NCBI GenBank assembly: GCA_963804165.1 | Contig: CAWDPO010000011.1 | Coordinates: forward strand, 32,001-96,000 | DNA: 64,000 bases | Direction: 5' to 3' | Origin: an uncultured delta proteobacterium | Lineage (GTDB): Bacteria; Desulfobacterota; Binatia; UBA9968 | Part shown: positions 60,276 to 64,000 of the stretch, piece after piece | Position numbering within the stretch: the stretch's first letter is position 1 | Layout of the letters: each line of letters begins with the position of its first letter | Notes under the pieces: model-generated | What the model was told of the DNA's origin: nothing | Database searches by the model: none | Seen by the model: only the letters and a program-made list of their open reading frames with translations | Made by a program: the position numbers and the translations under genes

Positions 60276-61400
60276 TCACTTTCCGCCGAACAACCGTTTG
60301 AACGTGGAGCCGACGCCTTCGACCACGCCGCCGGCGCCCTCTGCGCCTTTGCGGCCGAGCGTGCCCAGTCCTTCGGCGACGCTCCTGATGCTTACCCCGA
60401 GTTGGTTGGCCATGGACATGGCGATGCGAGTGGATAGATTCTCGTTGAGCGAGAAGCTCGGATTACGGGTGTCGCCTTTGAGCGTAAAGTCGACGTCGAT
60501 GGCGTTGTGATTATCCTTGAGAAAATTGATCACCGCATCGCGCGGCAGCCCCATGAAGGTATCGAAGTATCCGCCGGAGCGCGCCAGCTCCAAGTCTTGG
60601 AGAACGACTTTGCCTTTGCCGTCCAAATTATTGTTGCGCACCTCGGAGGCGAGATCTAAATCGAGAGCTCCCCTGGTGACCCGAGCCTCGTTCTTTTTGA
60701 TGAGATAGGGCTGGAGCGCCACTAGATCGACCGCTTCCAGTACAACGCGCGACGACGAGTCCCTGGCGCCCGGACCGACCCAACCGCTCAGCTTGACGCG
60801 GCCGTCGCGCTTCACTCCCTTTACAATGTCCGCAATCTCGAAACGAGTTTTCTCGGCGGCCGGCACTGCTACATCGCGAATCATCGCCTCGATCTCTTCC
60901 ATCCTGACTCTCAGCGGCGGCCGGCTCACGGTTGCATCATAGAGATCCAAGCTCCCCCCTTTGAGCTCGATGGTCGAGATTTTCAGGGCGCGAGCGGCGC
61001 CTGATTCTGATGCGGCGGCCTGAGCTTGTTTTTCTTTTTCCGTCAGGCTGGGAACTATGATCAATTTTCCTGGATTGCGCAGCATCGATATATACGGCTT
61101 GTCGACGACGATGGAAGCGATGCGAATTTGATCGGAAAAAAGGGTGCGCAGATCGGGCACGATCGTTATGCGCTCCGCTTCTAAAGTGCGGGCCGTCGAC
61201 CAGGCTTTGGGCGCGTCGATGCTAAGCCCCAATAGCTCGATCGAAAACCAGTTGACCTTGAGCTCGGTCAAACGGCTGCCGGGGCCGAGTGCATCGACCA
61301 CTCTCGCTTGCAGGATCCGCACCCCCATGCGGTATCCGGCGACCACGGCGATGCCCAAGAGAACCACCGCGGCGACAGCGATGACTTGCCAGCGCTTCAT
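60276..61400 (-). CDS. DUF748/AsmA-like protein
   Basis: N-terminal TM, beta-rich, LQPY..G.LDL, L.G...NP.FS. Confidence 0.75.
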   Translation of the reverse strand: MKRWQVIAVAAVVLLGIAVVAGYRMGVRILQARVVDALGPGSRLTELKVNWFSIELLGLSIDAPKAWSTARTLEAERITIVPDLRTLFSDQIRIASIVVDKPYISMLRNPGKLIIVPSLTEKEKQAQAAASESGAARALKISTIELKGGSLDLYDATVSRPPLRVRMEEIEAMIRDVAVPAAEKTRFEIADIVKGVKRDGRVKLSGWVGPGARDSSSRVVLEAVDLVALQPYLIKKNEARVTRGALDLDLASEVRNNNLDGKGKVVLQDLELARSGGYFDTFMGLPRDAVINFLKDNHNAIDVDFTLKGDTRNPSFSLNENLSTRIAMSMANQLGVSIRSVAEGLGTLGRKGAEGAGGVVEGVGSTFKRLFGGK

Positions 61401-61749
61401 AAAAGATTCGATTGGAAAGACATTTTACGAGCAGCGCTGTCGCGCTGCAAACGGGTGGGGCGAGGAACGCGCAGTTTGGCGTTTTTCTTTGGCTCTTGTC
61501 GGTGGCGCTGACCGAGTGGTGGAGTTGAGCACAAATCATATCTGCGGCGACAACAGCATCGTCCATCCGGCGCCTCCATTGAGAATTTCCGTCCAGGAAG
61601 TATCAGACTGACCAAGTTAACTAAGGCAATTGACAGATCGGGAACTAAAGTGCGAATCGTCGTTGAAGAATATTGTTGATGTCGATCACTCCTTTTTCGA
61701 CTCTTCAAGTCACGAGAGCTCCGGTTGACGGAGCGGATTCCTTTCGGCT

Positions 61750-62409
61750 ATGCCATTGAGAACAGGAAGGGAGGCGAACGACATGACCTCGTTAAATTTT
61801 CCCAGGAAGATGGATGTGCCGAGCGAGCATTGGGATCGGCTCTTCGCGCCGAGCGCGTGTCTGGTCATGATCACCACGGTGGACAACGAAGGCCGGATCA
61901 ACGCGGCATCCTTCGGCACCTGCGTGCGCGTGTGCCACGACCCGGTGTTCATCGCCTTCACAGTCGGCGCGACCAAGGACACCTGCAACAATGTTTTGGC
62001 GACCGGCGAATTCGTCGTCAACGTGCCGCCGTTCGAGCGCGAGATTCTTGAGAAGGTCAGAGTGGTGGGCCTGGAATTTCCGCCGCGCGTCAACGAGCTT
62101 GAAAAAGCCGGGTTGACGGCGCTCCCGGCCAAGACTATCAAACCGCCGCGCATCGCTGAGTGCCGGAGCCATTTCGAGTGCGAAGTCGAGTGGACCAAGC
62201 AATGGTTGCACCGGGTCATGGTCGTCGGCAAGGTCGTCGGGGCATCGGTCGACGAGGGGTGCGTGGACCAGAACGGCTACATCGTGTGGGACAGGCTTAA
62301 GCCGGCGCACTATTCCGGTCACGAATATAAAAACGGCTTTGTTGCGGCTTACGAGAAGATGGACGTAGATATGATCTACAAAGAGCCCGTCGGTCCGCGC
62401 AACGTGTAG
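61750..62409 (+). CDS. Flavin reductase family protein
   Basis: ITT....G..NAA, KDT..N...TGEFVVN, PPRIAEC..HFEC; true start probably slightly downstream. Confidence 0.88.
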   Translation: MPLRTGREANDMTSLNFPRKMDVPSEHWDRLFAPSACLVMITTVDNEGRINAASFGTCVRVCHDPVFIAFTVGATKDTCNNVLATGEFVVNVPPFEREILEKVRVVGLEFPPRVNELEKAGLTALPAKTIKPPRIAECRSHFECEVEWTKQWLHRVMVVGKVVGASVDEGCVDQNGYIVWDRLKPAHYSGHEYKNGFVAAYEKMDVDMIYKEPVGPRNV

Positions 62410-62479
62410 TATTCTATTTCAGGAGTTCTTTAAGGAATTTCACAAGCGTCTTTAAGCGTGTCATCCAATTACATGGGAC

Positions 62480-62516
62480 AAAAAAAGGGCGGGGTCTAAC
62501 GACCCCGCCCTTTTTT
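62480..62516. terminator. Bidirectional intrinsic terminator
   Basis: aaaaaaagggcggggtc-taac-gaccccgccctttttt between convergent genes. Confidence 0.9.
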
Positions 62517-62533
62517 AACTGAGCGCGCTCGTG

Positions 62534-62800
62534 TTAGCGCGGATTGATCTCGCTGGCTCTCATTTGGCCATCTTTCTCTGTGTACTTAATGGTTACCTTG
62601 GAGCCCTCTTTAGCGTTCTCAAGGCCCTTCGTCTTGCTGCCAACCAGGATGGTCTTTTCCTCATCCTTGGTTTTAACCTTGATGTCCTTTTCGCCCTTGG
62701 ACACCACGGTGGCTTTCAGCTCCATATCTTGCGCGGCCACATAGGCCGGAGCCAACGTCAAAGCCAAAAAAGCGGTCCCGATGGTTCTTTTCAAATTCAT
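62534..62800 (-). CDS. Small secreted OB-fold-like protein
   Basis: Signal peptide, Lys-rich, KEGSKVTIKY; RBS GAGGAGG. Confidence 0.75.
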   Translation of the reverse strand: MNLKRTIGTAFLALTLAPAYVAAQDMELKATVVSKGEKDIKVKTKDEEKTILVGSKTKGLENAKEGSKVTIKYTEKDGQMRASEINPR

Positions 62801-63286
62801 TCTGTTTCACCTCCTCTCATGTTGATTTAGACGTTCGACGGCTGGAAATCTAATGTCATTGACGGCATTGTCAATAAAAAAACTAAAATTAAGAATCGAA
62901 TCGCACCAGAATACGCAATTCGTCGTACTAGATTTCATACAGAAGAAGGAATTTGCATCCTACTTTAGCATGGTCATTACCTACACTTGATGTGGTTATT
63001 CAATTTTTCCCTGTGAAAATAGCCGGCTCAAGTAATTCGCGACTGTATATACGCAAAGTGAATTCCACTTCTGCTCGGCGGAGGCGGCACGCTGATTTCA
63101 AGGACCGCTAACTGGTCTATGTTGATAAGTTTCATCGTCTACTGCCCGATAACCCTGGCTCTGTGAGCCGTGCCTTGGCAATCGGCAGCGAGAATACGCG
63201 CTGCGTTGACGATAGGATCGTTGTTTTGTTAAGGGAGATCGGGTTTTATCGCTACTGGATAGCGATAGACCAACAGGAGAGTCCCG

Positions 63287-64000
63287 ATGAAAGCATTCTT
63301 CGGTTTGCTCATTGTTTTGGTGACAGCCGGCGGCACGTTGGCGCAGGGCAGCGCCGAGCGGATACGCATCAGCTATTCGAGCGGCGGCGTGACGTCGATC
63401 GATTTGTCATCGCCCGCGACAAGAAATATTTCCAGGAGCAGAAACTGAACGCCGAACTGATTCGCATGTCGGCCAATTTAGCGATCAGCGCCGGGATCGC
63501 CGGTGAGGTCGATGTGTTAGGCTCCATCGGCAGCGCGATTCGTTCGATCCAACGCGGGGCGCCGCTCAGGGTGATATCCGTGACGTTGCGCCGCCCGTTG
63601 TTTTTTCTCGTCGCGCGCCCGGAGTACGGCAGCATCAAGGATCTCAAGGGCAAAACGATGGGGATCGTCACTTTCGGCGGTAGCCAGCACACCACGGCAA
63701 AACGAATGCTCGCGCTCGGCGGGCTCAACGCCGACAAGGAACTCACGGCGATCCAGGTCGGCGAAGAATCGGTGCTTCTCCAAGCGCTGACGGCGAATTC
63801 GATCCAAGTGGCCGCGATCAGCCCGCCCTACGCCCAGATCGCCAAAGAAAAGTTCAGCATGAAAATTCTCGAGACCTCCACGGACAAGTTCGCCAGCATT
63901 CAAAACGGCGCGGCGGTGAATCTAAAAACGCTTCAAGATAAGCCGGATTTCTTGAAACGATTTCTGCGCGCCCGCGCGCAAGCCAATAAATATTTCATGG
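63287..64000 (+). CDS. NitT/TauT ABC substrate-binding protein (partial, frameshift near 63405)
   Basis: MKAFFGLL signal, RIRISYS; then IARDKKYFQEQ..IKDLKGK.MG; RBS AGGAG; runs off the window. Confidence 0.8.

Noticed and set aside
62418-62465. Pho-box-like repeats after the flavin reductase
   Set aside because: Spacing is irregular and the site lies between convergent genes next to a terminator
1-64000. tRNA-Sec, other tRNA/rRNA, prophage or recognised defence systems
   Set aside because: No cloverleaf, rRNA-like, phage structural or known defence gene signatures recognised by eye; a tRNAscan/Infernal run would be needed to exclude them

Overview
GC-rich bacterial genomic window. Gene content suggests a Ca. 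Binatia/Deltaproteobacteria-like metagenome-assembled genome (inference): many orphan NitT/TauT-type solute-binding proteins, two TctABC systems, amidohydrolases, a UbiD decarboxylase, and a CoA-transferase/citryl-CoA lyase pair. At least 11 otherwise intact genes carry single-base frameshifts, most likely long-read consensus errors. Main results: (1) Two paralogous glycine/betaine-reductase component-B-like pairs (grdE-like + grdB-like). Both grdB-like genes are split in the ORF track by an in-frame UGA followed by an identically positioned SECIS-like hairpin, so both are probably selenoproteins. They have non-canonical U-x-x-G/C-x-x-S motifs, their partners lack the pyruvoyl-forming Cys, and no grdA/C/D is in the window. 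(2) A putative phosphate-starvation lipid-remodelling cluster: GT4, a class-III aminotransferase fused to an Mpo1-like domain, a PEMT-type methyltransferase, PAP2 and GlpQ. 11-bp-phased Pho-box-like repeats occur here and at phoX, and a ptxD remnant lies nearby. (3) A sigma-54 promoter plus a structured leader before a secreted FN3/thrombospondin-C-like protein. (4) Several non-coding repeat families: 9-bp GTTCAAnnC arrays, REP/RAYT and two MITE families. No rRNA, tRNA or CRISPR array was recognised. All calls are from reading the sequence; no searches were run.
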